Of a DNA stretch of 64,000 nt, positions 28,401-38,706 are shown in pieces. Location: positions 73,351 through 137,350 of the forward strand of contig LSNL01000001.1 of NCBI GenBank assembly GCA_003056145.1, in the 5' to 3' direction. The notes beneath the pieces were generated by a model, which did not search any database, was not told the DNA's origin, and saw only the letters and a program-made list of their open reading frames with translations. Position 1 is the first letter of the stretch. Every line of letters begins with the position of its first letter. Both the position numbers and the translations under genes were made by a program. Source of the stretch: Parcubacteria group bacterium M10-OD1-1 (lineage in GTDB: Bacteria; Patescibacteriota; Minisyncoccia; Moranbacterales; UBA2206).

Positions 28401-30608
28401 TTATATTTTTTTTAGAGGAGCAATGGAAGCAGAGAGTTTTTTAAGACCGACTTGTGAAAAAGCAACAGTAATAATGTCTCCTTGCGAAGCTACAATCAAT
28501 CCATCTCCGAAATCTTGATGGTGGACTCGGTCACCATCTTTAAAATTAATTGTTTGAGTAGAATAAGAATTATTTTTATTGGAAGCTGGATAGAAAACTG
28601 GTTTTTTGGTTGGTGGGTTACAAAAAGAAAGAAGTTTTTTAGGAATATCTTCTAAGAACCTAGAAGAAGCATTGATTTGAGTAGAACCAAAAATGTTTCT
28701 TTCTTTTGCGAAGACTAAATAAACTTTTTCCTTAGCTCTAGTAATTCCAACATACATCAGTCTTCGTTCTTCTTCCATTTCAGTGGGACTAAGCATGCTA
28801 CGAGAATGAGGGAGAATTCCTTCTTCTAAACCAGCGATAAAAATATTTTTAAATTCCAATCCTTTAGCGCTGTGTAGAGTCATCATATGAACAGCTTCAC
28901 TAGCTTGGTCAACATTATCAACATCAGAAATAAGAGCTACTTCTTCTAAGAGTAAAGTTAATCCTTGAGGGCCAGTGTATTCATTATATTTTCTAGCTAC
29001 TGTTAGAAGCTCTCGGACATTTTCTAATCGCATTTCTCCTTCCTCGGCTCCGTCTAATAGATATTTTTCAAACCCAGACTTAGTAATTATAAATTCTATA
29101 AAATTAACTAAAGTAGCTTGAACAATTTTTTCTTGAGCGGAGTTAATAAACTCAGCAAATTTTTTAATAGTTGCAATTTTTTTAGTGTGTAATTGAGAAT
29201 CAGTATTTATTTTTAAACCACTTTGAATTAAATTTAGTTTTTTCTCTTGGGCGAAAATCAACCATTTTTGAAAACTAATTTTTCCAATCCCTCTTTTAGG
29301 GCAATTAATGGCTCGCTCTAAAGAAATTTCATCTTGAGGATTTTGGACTAATCTTAAATAAGCTAAGATATCTTTAATTTCTTTACGTTGATAAAATTTA
29401 ACTCCCCCAATAATTCTATAAGGCAGAGAATACTTTAGCATAGCCTCTTCAATTATTCTTGATTGAGCATTAGTACGATAAAGAATAACAAAATCAGCTA
29501 AAGAAACTTTCTTTTGTTTTTTTAAGCTAAGAATTTCTTTAACAATAAAATTAGCTTCCTCTTTTTCATCTCGAGCTTCAAAGACATCTATCAGTTCCCC
29601 TCCTTTATTATCAGTCCAAATTTTTTTATCTTTCCGATTAACATTTTTAGAAATAACTCCATAAGCGGCATCTAAAATATTTTGAGTAGAACGGTAATTT
29701 TGTTCTAATTTTATAATTTTTGCTTGAGGATAATCTTTTTCAAAATCCAAGATGTTTTGAATATTAGCTCCTCGCCAGGAATAAATTCCTTGCCAATCAT
29801 CACCGACTACGCAAATATTTTGATGTTGAGCTCCTAATAATTTAATTAGTAGATACTGGGCATAATTAGTATCCTGATATTCGTCAACCATAATATAATG
29901 AAAAAGATTTTGATATTTTTTAAGGACCTCAGGAAAAGTTTGAAATAATTTAACTGTTAACATTAAAAGGTCATCAAAGTCTAAAGCATTTTGCTTTTGT
30001 AAATTTTTTTGATAGAGAAGATAAATTTTAGCAATCATTTCTTCCCAGTAACCATTAGCTTGGCTAGTAAAAGTTTCTGTATTAGTTAGTTCATTCTTAG
30101 CCTTAGAAATTGCTCCTAACATAGTTTTAGGTTTGAATTGCTCGGGATTAATTTGTAATTCTTTAATAACTCTTTTAATTAAAACTAGTTGATCTTGATC
30201 ATCAAAAATGTTAAAAGATGATTGATAGCCTAGTTTTTTTACCTCTTGGCGTAAAATTTTAACACAAATAGAATGAAAAGTACCAATTAAGGGCAAAGTT
30301 TGAAAACTATTTTGAGTATTTTCTCCGTAATCAATACCAAATTCATCGAGCCTGACTTCACTAGCTGAAGTTGAATTATCTAAAAGACTAGCAATTCGCT
30401 CTTTCATTTCTTGGGCGGATTTATTAGTAAAAGTAACAGCTAGAATATTAGTTGGTTGGATATTTTTTTCTTTAATAAGATAAACGACTCGATAAGCAAG
30501 AGCTCTAGTTTTTCCAGAACCAGCACCAGCGATAATTAAGACTGGACCTTGAATGGTTGTAACTGCTTCTTTTTGAGAAGGATTAAGTTGGTTTAATAAT
30601 TCGCTCAT
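28401..30608 (-). CDS. pcrA: ATP-dependent DNA helicase, UvrD/PcrA family
   Basis: N-terminal LNPSQKEAVTTIQGPVLIIAGAGSGKTRAL (helicase motif I) and the full SF1 motif set. Confidence 0.85.
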   Translation of the reverse strand: MSELLNQLNPSQKEAVTTIQGPVLIIAGAGSGKTRALAYRVVYLIKEKNIQPTNILAVTFTNKSAQEMKERIASLLDNSTSASEVRLDEFGIDYGENTQNSFQTLPLIGTFHSICVKILRQEVKKLGYQSSFNIFDDQDQLVLIKRVIKELQINPEQFKPKTMLGAISKAKNELTNTETFTSQANGYWEEMIAKIYLLYQKNLQKQNALDFDDLLMLTVKLFQTFPEVLKKYQNLFHYIMVDEYQDTNYAQYLLIKLLGAQHQNICVVGDDWQGIYSWRGANIQNILDFEKDYPQAKIIKLEQNYRSTQNILDAAYGVISKNVNRKDKKIWTDNKGGELIDVFEARDEKEEANFIVKEILSLKKQKKVSLADFVILYRTNAQSRIIEEAMLKYSLPYRIIGGVKFYQRKEIKDILAYLRLVQNPQDEISLERAINCPKRGIGKISFQKWLIFAQEKKLNLIQSGLKINTDSQLHTKKIATIKKFAEFINSAQEKIVQATLVNFIEFIITKSGFEKYLLDGAEEGEMRLENVRELLTVARKYNEYTGPQGLTLLLEEVALISDVDNVDQASEAVHMMTLHSAKGLEFKNIFIAGLEEGILPHSRSMLSPTEMEEERRLMYVGITRAKEKVYLVFAKERNIFGSTQINASSRFLEDIPKKLLSFCNPPTKKPVFYPASNKNNSYSTQTINFKDGDRVHHQDFGDGLIVASQGDIITVAFSQVGLKKLSASIAPLKKI

Positions 30609-30699
30609 TATTTTAGTTTAGCACAACCATATTCTAGGAGCTAGCTAGCTAATGAAGAATTAACCATAATTTAAAATAAAAAACTTAAAGAATTCATAG

Positions 30700-32268
30700 C
30701 TAAAGTCTTACAATAAAATTAGCTGGTAAAGGAGCGTGGGGATCTATAATTGCTGGGTTGAGAGATTTTAATAAATTTAATCGAGAGGTTGTTTTAGCTA
30801 AAGAAATTAAAGTTTGATTAGGATGAGAAAGATTTATTCTTATTCTTTGTCCAGCTTTAATGGAAGAATTTTTTAAATGATTTTCGGCTATTATTTTTTT
30901 GTAGGGTAGTTTAAATTTTTTTCCAATTGCAAAAAGAGAGTCACCATTTTTAATTAAATAATTAACTATCTTTTTTCCTTGAGGAGGAATTTTTTTCTCT
31001 ACAAACTTAAGGCGATTAGTAGTTTTTAGATTATCTAAATCACCACTATTGATAATTTTAAAAACAGCATTAAATTTTCCAGGATAATTCAGGTTTTCTT
31101 TTATTCCAGTAGGATTAACTAATTTATCATAAAGATAAAGTTTAGTAGCATGATTGTTTAGTGGGATTTTTAATTTTTGACCAATCAATATAGAAGATGA
31201 AGATAATTCGTTAGCTTCTTTTAAAATAGCAGAATTAGAAATTTTAAATCTTTTAGCGATTTTTTCTAAAGTATCTTTCGGAACAACCGTATAAGGAAAA
31301 AAATCGGTGGTTTGTAATTGCTCTTTGGTTTCATTAGCTGAATTTTCTAAAAATTTTATGAAACCAGGGTAGGTTCTTTCTTTTTTGTTTCTTACTTTTG
31401 AAAAATACTTCCAAATAAAAGCTCCATTATAACCACTAAGAGCTAAATCCCAATCAAAACACTGGTTGTATAAATATTTTAAATTTTTAGCAGCGGCTTC
31501 AGCGCTTCTGATAGGGTCGTAGCGTTCATCAATGGTATTACTGACTAATAATTGGCAGATTTTATTAGTGGCGGTATTTTTCATAAATTGATAAGGACCT
31601 CTAGCTCCAGTAGGTGAGTGAGCATTAATAGTAAAGTGAGATTCAGGAATAGCCAAGTAAGCGAATTTTTCTGGAACACCTTCTCGGTGAAAACATTTTT
31701 TAATTTCTCCAATCCAGGGTTGCATATTATGAAAACCTCTTTCTAGATCAGGTCTTAATCTTCCTTCTTTTCCGTAATATTTTAGCCATTTATGTTCAAT
31801 TTTTTCTTTGATTTTTTCAGGACTTAAGGTTATAGGCTGAGGATTATCAAAAGAAAAAATTTCTTTAAGTGAAGGGGAATTAGCTTTATTTTCTTGATAT
31901 AGTTCTTCTCGTAATTCTTCAAGTGATTCAGCTACTAAGCTTTCGTTATCTTGATGGATTCTGGTTTGTTCTGAAGTAGGATTTTCTTGGTTAGAACTGT
32001 TTTCATTTTCTTGGGATGAAAAAAAATCTAAAGTTTTTTCTGTTATCTCTGGGATCATTGCTCCAGTTAAAGCTAAGGCTCCAAGCTTAAGAAATTTTCT
32101 TCGACTGAGGGCTTTATCATGAGTGTTTTTTTCTGGAAATGTTTTTTTAAATCTCCCTTTTTTAATAATTTTTTGATCATTTAGTAAAGCTGAGCTTTCT
32201 AATGAATCAGGAGGAGGAAATTTTTCAAAATTCATTTTTATTAAAAAAATTAAATAAGTTAGTTTCAA
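30700..32268 (-). CDS. Lytic transglycosylase (SLT domain) with LysM-like repeats
   Basis: SLT catalytic region …PESHFTINAHSPTGARGPYQFMKNTA… plus two LysM-like segments (YTVVPKDTLEKIAKRF, YLIKNGDSLFAIGKKF). Start codon uncertain. Confidence 0.55.
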   Translation of the reverse strand: MKLTYLIFLIKMNFEKFPPPDSLESSALLNDQKIIKKGRFKKTFPEKNTHDKALSRRKFLKLGALALTGAMIPEITEKTLDFFSSQENENSSNQENPTSEQTRIHQDNESLVAESLEELREELYQENKANSPSLKEIFSFDNPQPITLSPEKIKEKIEHKWLKYYGKEGRLRPDLERGFHNMQPWIGEIKKCFHREGVPEKFAYLAIPESHFTINAHSPTGARGPYQFMKNTATNKICQLLVSNTIDERYDPIRSAEAAAKNLKYLYNQCFDWDLALSGYNGAFIWKYFSKVRNKKERTYPGFIKFLENSANETKEQLQTTDFFPYTVVPKDTLEKIAKRFKISNSAILKEANELSSSSILIGQKLKIPLNNHATKLYLYDKLVNPTGIKENLNYPGKFNAVFKIINSGDLDNLKTTNRLKFVEKKIPPQGKKIVNYLIKNGDSLFAIGKKFKLPYKKIIAENHLKNSSIKAGQRIRINLSHPNQTLISLAKTTSRLNLLKSLNPAIIDPHAPLPANFIVRL

Positions 32269-32556
32269 TAAAGAAAATCAAAAATACGTTCTAAAAATTA
32301 GGAATAAATTTGAAAATCTTTCAATTTAATTTTATCGTAGCATTTTTTTAGAGAAATTATAAGAGGAAAAGTAAAAAAAACAGAAATATAAATTTTAATT
32401 TAAAAATTATTTAAAGCTGATATTAAAGGTGACTGGACAAAAACAAAATTTTATGTTAATTTTTAAAAGTAATTATTTAACTAGCAAATATTGGTTCAGG
32501 GGAATTTTTAAAATAACTAAGCATTTCCTTTGCGACGAGTATTTGGCCGAAAAAAT

Positions 32557-32826
32557 ATGGCTTTAACCAGCAAACAAAAAGAGAAAGTGACTAAAGAAGT
32601 AAAAAGGCATGAAAAAGATAATGGTTCTCCAGAATATCAGATTGCTCTTTTTTCAGAAAAAATTAAGAAATTAACTACTCATTTAAAAAAGAACAAAAAA
32701 GACTTTCATTCCAGAAGAGGATTACTAAAAATGGTCGCCAAAAGAAAGAAATTGATGAGTTATTTAAAGAAAACTAACGAAAAAGCTTATAAGGTTATTA
32801 TCAAAAAACTTAAATTAAAAGGATAA
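32557..32826 (+). CDS. rpsO: 30S ribosomal protein S15
   Basis: MALTSKQKEKV…GSPEYQIALFSEKIKKLTTHLKKNKKDFHSRRGLLKMVAKRKKLMSYL matches uS15. The ORF-track start at 32530 is probably too far upstream. Confidence 0.85.
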   Translation: MALTSKQKEKVTKEVKRHEKDNGSPEYQIALFSEKIKKLTTHLKKNKKDFHSRRGLLKMVAKRKKLMSYLKKTNEKAYKVIIKKLKLKG

Positions 32827-32841
32827 GCTAATAAAAAACAA

Positions 32842-32864
32842 AAACAGGTGAAAGCCTGTTTTTA
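32842..32864 (+). terminator. Intrinsic terminator after rpsO
   Basis: aaacagg-tgaaag-cctgttt followed by a T-run. Confidence 0.65.
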
Positions 32865-32873
32865 TCTAAAAAT

Positions 32874-33368
32874 ATGATATATAAAGAACAACGAGTAGGT
32901 GTTTTAGTAGATATACAAAATTTATATTATTCAGCTAAAGTACTTTATCAAAAAAAAGTTAATTTTGGGGCAGTTTTAAAAGCAGCTATTGAGGATAGAA
33001 AAATTATTAGATCCATTGCTTATGGGATAAAAACTCAAGAAGGACAAGAAGATAAATTTTTTGAAGCTTTAGAAAAACAAGGTTTTGAAGTTAAAACTAA
33101 AGATCTTCAAATTTTTCCTGGTGGAGCTAAAAAGGGTGATTGGGATGTTGGTATTGCGGTAGATGCTATCAAAATGTCTAAAAATTTAGATGTTATTGTT
33201 ATTGTTTCTGGCGATGGAGATTATATTCCATTAGTAAAATATATTCAAGGCACAACTGGCTGTCGAGTAGAAGGAGCGGCTTTTTTAGAATCAACAAGCG
33301 GTAAATTAGTAGAAGAGCTAGATAATTTTATTAATTTAAGTGCTAGTAAGAAAAAATTTCTTATCTAA
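32874..33368 (+). CDS. NYN-domain (LabA-like) protein
   Basis: VGVLVDIQNLYYSAK … DVIVIVSGDGDYIPLV are the hallmarks of PF01936 NYN/LabA. Confidence 0.65.
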   Translation: MIYKEQRVGVLVDIQNLYYSAKVLYQKKVNFGAVLKAAIEDRKIIRSIAYGIKTQEGQEDKFFEALEKQGFEVKTKDLQIFPGGAKKGDWDVGIAVDAIKMSKNLDVIVIVSGDGDYIPLVKYIQGTTGCRVEGAAFLESTSGKLVEELDNFINLSASKKKFLI

Positions 33369-33644
33369 ATTTTTTTAATTAACTTTACTTCAATAGTTTG
33401 AAAATGTTACAATAGTAAAGTTATTTAAAAATAAAAAATTTAATAGAACTTTAATGACAAATTAATTTTTTTAAAGAAGTTTTTATTTTTTTAGTGAAAA
33501 GAATATTTTTTAGAAAGAAACTAATGAAAGATTTGAAGGACGAAGTTTTAAATAATTAGTAGTAAAGGGAATTTAAGCTAATTTATTTTAAAAAGTTTTG
33601 TTAAGGCAGAGCATAAAAGCATGAAGACAACTAAAAATAAATTT

Positions 33645-33715
33645 GCGGGTGTCGTATAGTGGCAGTACAGGAGTCTCCAAAACTTCTAACGGGGGTTCGA
33701 TTCCCTCCACCCGTG
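33645..33715 (+). tRNA. tRNA-Trp (CCA)
   Basis: GCGGGTGTCGTATAGTGGCAGTAC-AGGAGT-CTCCAAA-ACTTC-TAACGGGGGTTCGATTCCCTCCACCCGTG. Anticodon CCA. Confidence 0.7.
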
Positions 33716-33862
33716 CATTAAAAAATAACCAAGAAAAGAGGCTCATTTAGGGCTATTCTTTGGTTCTAGTATTTTGATAGAAGATAGGACGTTAGAACTT
33801 TTTATAGTAATATAGAAATATAAAAAATGTTTTTTATATTATATTGAGAATGAATATTTAAA

Positions 33863-34792
33863 GTGATATTTATGTATTATATTTTACATCAACACTACGA
33901 GTCTGTTCTTAGGTTAGTAAAAATCGTCAACCCAAATAAACTAGATGAGTTTCATAGTATTTTTAACAGTAGTAGTTTTTTAAAATTAAATCCTCAATCA
34001 AAATTGAAATTTTTACAAAAATCATTACCAATTCCTGATAGTAAATATTTTACCCTAGAAAATTTTATTAAAGTTGTAGAACAAACCGTTGAAGAGATGG
34101 TACAACAAAATATATCTCATATTGATTTAAGAATTAGCTTGCACCTTGAAAGGTGGAAAGATATTTTTGATATTTGTCATGCTAGAAATATATACGATAA
34201 AGTACTTGCTAGACATATAGATAAAACTATTTTTTTTATAGCTGCCATAGATATGAAAAAATCAGAAGCAGAAATAGAGAAGAGCATAGGAGCGTTGTTT
34301 AAAAAAAAGACTCTTGAATCGATTGTTGGCATTGATATTACCATGTATAAAGAGGATGTTTATAAGTTTAATAAATACTATAAAACATTGCTTAGTTTGA
34401 GGAATGAACATAAAAAAAAGATTATTATGCATTTAGGGGAGTTTACTACAAATGATATTAATTTCGAAATCATACGTAAAATAAAGCCAGATAGAATAGC
34501 TCATGGAATAACATTATTGGATTCTCCAAAATTGTGTGAATTTATTAAACATAATAATATATGTTTAGATATGTGCCCAGTTAGTAATAAAGTACTAGGA
34601 GTCGTTGACTGGGAAAAGCATAATCCCATTAAAAAAGCTACTGATTTGGGTATATCTGTAACTATAAACACTGATGATCCAATAATGTTTGATACAAACA
34701 TCAATAAGGAAATTAAAACCGCCAATTTAAGTCAACAACAATTAAATTTATTAATAGAAAACAGTAAAAAATATTCAGCGGAAAATATTTGA
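33863..34792 (+). CDS. Adenosine/AMP-deaminase-family metal-dependent hydrolase
   Basis: Deaminase blocks HIDLRISLH, MHLGEF (like HAGE), DRIAHGITL (like RIGHG) and SVTINTDDPIMFDT (like SLNTDDP). Confidence 0.55.
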   Translation: MIFMYYILHQHYESVLRLVKIVNPNKLDEFHSIFNSSSFLKLNPQSKLKFLQKSLPIPDSKYFTLENFIKVVEQTVEEMVQQNISHIDLRISLHLERWKDIFDICHARNIYDKVLARHIDKTIFFIAAIDMKKSEAEIEKSIGALFKKKTLESIVGIDITMYKEDVYKFNKYYKTLLSLRNEHKKKIIMHLGEFTTNDINFEIIRKIKPDRIAHGITLLDSPKLCEFIKHNNICLDMCPVSNKVLGVVDWEKHNPIKKATDLGISVTINTDDPIMFDTNINKEIKTANLSQQQLNLLIENSKKYSAENI

Positions 34793-34893
34793 CAGTTAGT
34801 ATCTATTGTTATATTATTTATTGTTGCAAAGAGTTTTTTGCAACAATGTTAAATAGTACTTTAAAAACAATATTATATAAAGAGAGGTGCATT

Positions 34894-35304
34894 ATGAAAG
34901 AAAGAGTTAGGGCAATAATTAAAGAAGGTGAAAATATTCTCTTAATTCACAGAATAAAAAAAGGAAGAGGATATTGGGTTTTTCCTGGAGGGGGTACTAA
35001 AAAAACTGATATTGATCATAAGTCAGCATTGATTAGGGAATGCGATGAAGAACTTGGTGTTAGTGTTCGGGTTGGTGGTTTATTTATCACTTATGAATTT
35101 GGTGAAGCCGGTAAAGAACAGCACGAATATTTTTATTTTTGTGAAATTACTAGCGGTGAACTTGGAACTGGCTCTGGTCCAGAATTTCAAAAAGGAACAC
35201 ATTACGAAGGTGTGTATGCATTAGAATGGATACCACTGAAAGATTTTTTAACAAAAAACATTCAACCTGAAAAGGTAAAGAAAGAATTGCAAAAGGAGAC
35301 TTGA
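34894..35304 (+). CDS. NUDIX hydrolase (paralog A)
   Basis: MKERVRAIIKEGENILLIHR…GYWVFPGGGTKKTDIDHKSALIRECDEELGV Nudix box. The ORF track extends upstream to 34789, but the RBS-less leader suggests the ATG at 34894. Confidence 0.6.
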   Translation: MKERVRAIIKEGENILLIHRIKKGRGYWVFPGGGTKKTDIDHKSALIRECDEELGVSVRVGGLFITYEFGEAGKEQHEYFYFCEITSGELGTGSGPEFQKGTHYEGVYALEWIPLKDFLTKNIQPEKVKKELQKET

Positions 35305-35305
35305 A

Positions 35306-36463
35306 ATGCAAATTGCTATTAATGGTGTTGACGGGGTTGGTAAAAGCCAGCAAATAAAGCTTCTGCAACTCTATAATGCTGGAAGTTTTAATTTTACGGG
35401 TTCATTAACTAAATACTCTTCAATATGGCCCGAATTAAAAAGTCATGACATGTTCAACTGGTGGTTTAAGGAAGTAGAATTTGACGAGTTTCTGAATATT
35501 GTTTTCGAATCATTAAACACAAGACATTCAGAATTTGAAGATTCGGTTGTAATCCTGGATCGAGGAACGTTGATGTTTAAAGCGGTATGTGCAGCAACTA
35601 TGTCAGTAAGAATGGGACTTGAACTTCTTGATTCCATGAAAGAAATTGATTTGCGTTTTGCCAAAGGTCTCTTTTATGGTCTAGACGAAGAACATAATAT
35701 TCTTCTGGAACCAGATGTTAGATATCAAAGTTCTATAAAACCATATATTTCACTATTACAAAATGAATCAAATAATTTCACGGAGGAGGAAAATGAATTT
35801 TATCTCAGTTATCAGAATCTTCTTAAGGAAGCGATGGTAATTTACTTTAGAGATGAAGCAATTAACAGGATAACAGTAGATAGATCAATCTGTGAAATTC
35901 AAGACAAACTGAGATTATTGATCAATGAATTAGCGGATGTTTCATTGCCCGAAATATGCAGTGGTATAAAGCAAGTTATTGGCTTTGGAGGCTTGAGTGA
36001 ATGTGGAAAAAGTAGTTTTGCGCAACATTTTTACAAAAAGAAGGGATATTACAGGTTGAAACTTGGGTATTTCGTAGAGATTCTTAAACGGCGTTATGAG
36101 AAAGATACGCCAGAAAGTGTTGCGATGGAATTTCTGCATTTTTGTAAATCGCATTACTATATTGAAAATTTTACACTCGAGAGCCTGCATGAACCATATA
36201 CCCCAGCCTTTCTTAAATTGTTGTTTGGATCTAGGTTTAAAATTGCATATTTAGATGCTCCTTTCGATGTAAGATGTAAACGCGCTTCTATTGAGAAAGG
36301 AGTTTCATTGGTTGAAGCTGAAAAAGAAACAAGAAGGAAGGATCTTATAAAAGAAGGAAGGGGGGCGAAGATAGTCAGTGAAATAGCTGATATTAAGTTT
36401 AACAACTCCAATGGAAAACATTGTGAGAATATGCTAAAATTTGAAAAGGCAGTTATGCCTTGA
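35306..36463 (+). CDS. Two-domain P-loop nucleoside/nucleotide-kinase-like protein
   Basis: N-terminal INGVDGVGKS plus a DRG(T) motif (dTMP-kinase/dNK-like). Second P-loop GFGGLSECGKSS with YLDAPFDVRCKR (CMP/shikimate-kinase-like). Noticeably higher GC and different codon usage than the flanks. Confidence 0.4.
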   Translation: MQIAINGVDGVGKSQQIKLLQLYNAGSFNFTGSLTKYSSIWPELKSHDMFNWWFKEVEFDEFLNIVFESLNTRHSEFEDSVVILDRGTLMFKAVCAATMSVRMGLELLDSMKEIDLRFAKGLFYGLDEEHNILLEPDVRYQSSIKPYISLLQNESNNFTEEENEFYLSYQNLLKEAMVIYFRDEAINRITVDRSICEIQDKLRLLINELADVSLPEICSGIKQVIGFGGLSECGKSSFAQHFYKKKGYYRLKLGYFVEILKRRYEKDTPESVAMEFLHFCKSHYYIENFTLESLHEPYTPAFLKLLFGSRFKIAYLDAPFDVRCKRASIEKGVSLVEAEKETRRKDLIKEGRGAKIVSEIADIKFNNSNGKHCENMLKFEKAVMP

Positions 36464-36536
36464 GAAATTTTAGTACCAGGAGGAGATGCTGAAATGATCT
36501 CCTCCTATTTTTTTTAAAATTAAACTTATTAGAGTT

Positions 36537-36968
36537 ATGTTGCATAGAGTTCGTGCTATTATTTTAAAAAATAATCAGCTGCTAACAATTAAAAGAGTAA
36601 AAACAAATATTACATATTTTGTTTTTCCTGGAGGTGGTGTAGAATCGGGAGAAGGATTAGAGGAGGCCATTAAGAGAGAATGCGAAGAAGAGCTTGGTGT
36701 TAATATTGATATTGTTAAAAAATTTATTTCAAAGAGATTTGATATAGGTGAAATAGAACAGGTAGAACATTTTTATATATGTGAAATTGTTTCAGGTGAG
36801 CTTGGCACAGGAGATGGTCCAGAGTATAATAATAACTTGGGTTATGAAGGAACTCATAAAATAGAATGGCTCGACATTTTTGATTTGTTGAATTATGACT
36901 TAAGACCCAAAGAGATTGCTCTAAAATTAATAAATAATTTGAAGGATGATAAAAAATTTAAGAGTTAA
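36537..36968 (+). CDS. NUDIX hydrolase (paralog B)
   Basis: MLHRVRAIILKNNQLLTIKR…YFVFPGGGVESGEGLEEAIKRECEEELGV, co-linear with paralog A. Confidence 0.6.
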   Translation: MLHRVRAIILKNNQLLTIKRVKTNITYFVFPGGGVESGEGLEEAIKRECEEELGVNIDIVKKFISKRFDIGEIEQVEHFYICEIVSGELGTGDGPEYNNNLGYEGTHKIEWLDIFDLLNYDLRPKEIALKLINNLKDDKKFKS

Positions 36969-37989
36969 TAAAAATAGAAATAATACGAATGGAATATTTT
37001 CTATCAAAGATCAAAAATTTTTTTATAAAATTCTTTGTTTGGACGATTACGAGAAGGAATTGAAAGGGTATCAATTCATTAAAGAGGCGTATCCTGTGGC
37101 AAATTTAATATTTCATGGGTATATAAATAATAAAAAGAACGGACTTTTGATTTTTGAATACGAGAAAACTATTGAGAAAAATAGAGGATTATTAATTGAT
37201 ATTTTTTCAAGTAGAAAGAGTTATAGAGTAGATGTAGAAATTTTTGATAGCATATTAGATGTTTATAAAAAAGCATTTCAAAATAGTTTTAAACGAACTA
37301 GTTCAAAAACTTCCGACATATTTTTTAGAGACAGGATAAAAACAAGACTGAAAACTTATTATAAGAAATTTTTTTTCAAAGAAATATATAAATTAAAATT
37401 TAAGTTTAAAAAATGGGAAATTAGAAATATTGAATTTAAAAAAATAATTAGACTTTTAGAAAAGTTTTTAATTAACAAGAGAAACGAGTATTGTGTTTTA
37501 TCACAATGTGATCCAAATGATTTAAATATTGGAATAAAACCAATTATTCTCGACTATCTTGGCGGGGGATATAATCCCATAATGGCTGAATTCGCAATTC
37601 TTTTTTGGTATTGTATTGCTCAGGGAAATTATTTTTCAGTCGTTTATAATAAAAATGAATATACTAATCATTCAATTATTATTAAAAAGATTGATAAGGT
37701 AATTTTTGATAAAGGAAAATTAAATCATTTTCCCAATAAAAAAAGAATTATTTTTTTGATTAATTACATAGATAAAGTAATTGATCCATTGATAAAAAAA
37801 ATGCCAGACAATTATGATTGGTATGAAGATTTTAAAAATTATTTAGCTATGAGAATTATTTCTGTTTTTAATATTTCAAAAATGAAAGCTAAGGATAAAA
37901 ATTTATCCTTAGCTTATTTAGATATTTTTTATAATCAATTAAAAATAAATAAAACCTCTCAATTAATAGAGGTGATTAAAAATTTATGA
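36946..37989 (+). CDS. Hypothetical protein, possibly APH/choline-kinase-like phosphotransferase fold
   Basis: QCDPNDLNIG resembles the catalytic-loop HxDxxxxN, and ILDYLGGG resembles the DFG/'IDxE' metal-binding motif. Very AT-rich, K/N/I-rich. Weak call. Confidence 0.3.
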   Translation: MIKNLRVNKNRNNTNGIFSIKDQKFFYKILCLDDYEKELKGYQFIKEAYPVANLIFHGYINNKKNGLLIFEYEKTIEKNRGLLIDIFSSRKSYRVDVEIFDSILDVYKKAFQNSFKRTSSKTSDIFFRDRIKTRLKTYYKKFFFKEIYKLKFKFKKWEIRNIEFKKIIRLLEKFLINKRNEYCVLSQCDPNDLNIGIKPIILDYLGGGYNPIMAEFAILFWYCIAQGNYFSVVYNKNEYTNHSIIIKKIDKVIFDKGKLNHFPNKKRIIFLINYIDKVIDPLIKKMPDNYDWYEDFKNYLAMRIISVFNISKMKAKDKNLSLAYLDIFYNQLKINKTSQLIEVIKNL

Positions 37990-38693
37990 GCAGTCTAACA
38001 ATAGAAAAATACAGAGAAAAAGAAGGGGCTTTCTTTGATTATTTAAGCAAGAATTTAAAGGAAAATTTATTGTTTTATGCTGTAGCAGGAAGCGTGTCAC
38101 GAGGTGATATTATTCCTGGTTGGAGTGATATAGATGTACTAGTTGTTATTCAGGAATATAATAAAAAAAATACATCATTTATCAATAAGGCACTATTAAG
38201 GGATTCTTCAAATATTAAGATCGGCTTAACGTTATTTTCGTTTGACGACTTTACGAATATTAAATTATTCAAGGATCCTAAGACTTTATATTCAATTGAT
38301 TTAATTGATCAAGGAATTTGTAAACCCAAAATAATCGATAAAAAAACAATAAATAGCATAAATAAAATCAAGAAAATATCAGTTTGGTATAATAAGGATA
38401 GCTTAGCGAGTATTATTCATAGTTATAAGCATGCTTTGTTTCCAATTAATAAATATGATGAAAAAATAGTTTATAAAAAACTAGTGACTATATTAAAAAT
38501 TATTTTAAAACAAAAAGGTATAACAGCTCATAGTTATAGCGATGTTGTAAGCATATCCAAAAGTAAATTAAATGGTTTTGATATAAAATTAAAAACCCCA
38601 ATTTATATAATGAAAAATTTAAATACATCCTTAAGGCGTTATAATGATTATGTTAAGTTTCTTGCATGGCTAGAAGATTATCCAAAATTTTAA
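37986..38693 (+). CDS. Pol-beta-superfamily nucleotidyltransferase
   Basis: LFYAVAGSVSRGDIIPGWSDIDVLVV is the GS-x9-13-DxD motif of minimal / aminoglycoside-lincosamide-type nucleotidyltransferases. Confidence 0.5.
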   Translation: MSSLTIEKYREKEGAFFDYLSKNLKENLLFYAVAGSVSRGDIIPGWSDIDVLVVIQEYNKKNTSFINKALLRDSSNIKIGLTLFSFDDFTNIKLFKDPKTLYSIDLIDQGICKPKIIDKKTINSINKIKKISVWYNKDSLASIIHSYKHALFPINKYDEKIVYKKLVTILKIILKQKGITAHSYSDVVSISKSKLNGFDIKLKTPIYIMKNLNTSLRRYNDYVKFLAWLEDYPKF

Positions 38694-38706
38694 ATAGATA
38701 TATTGT

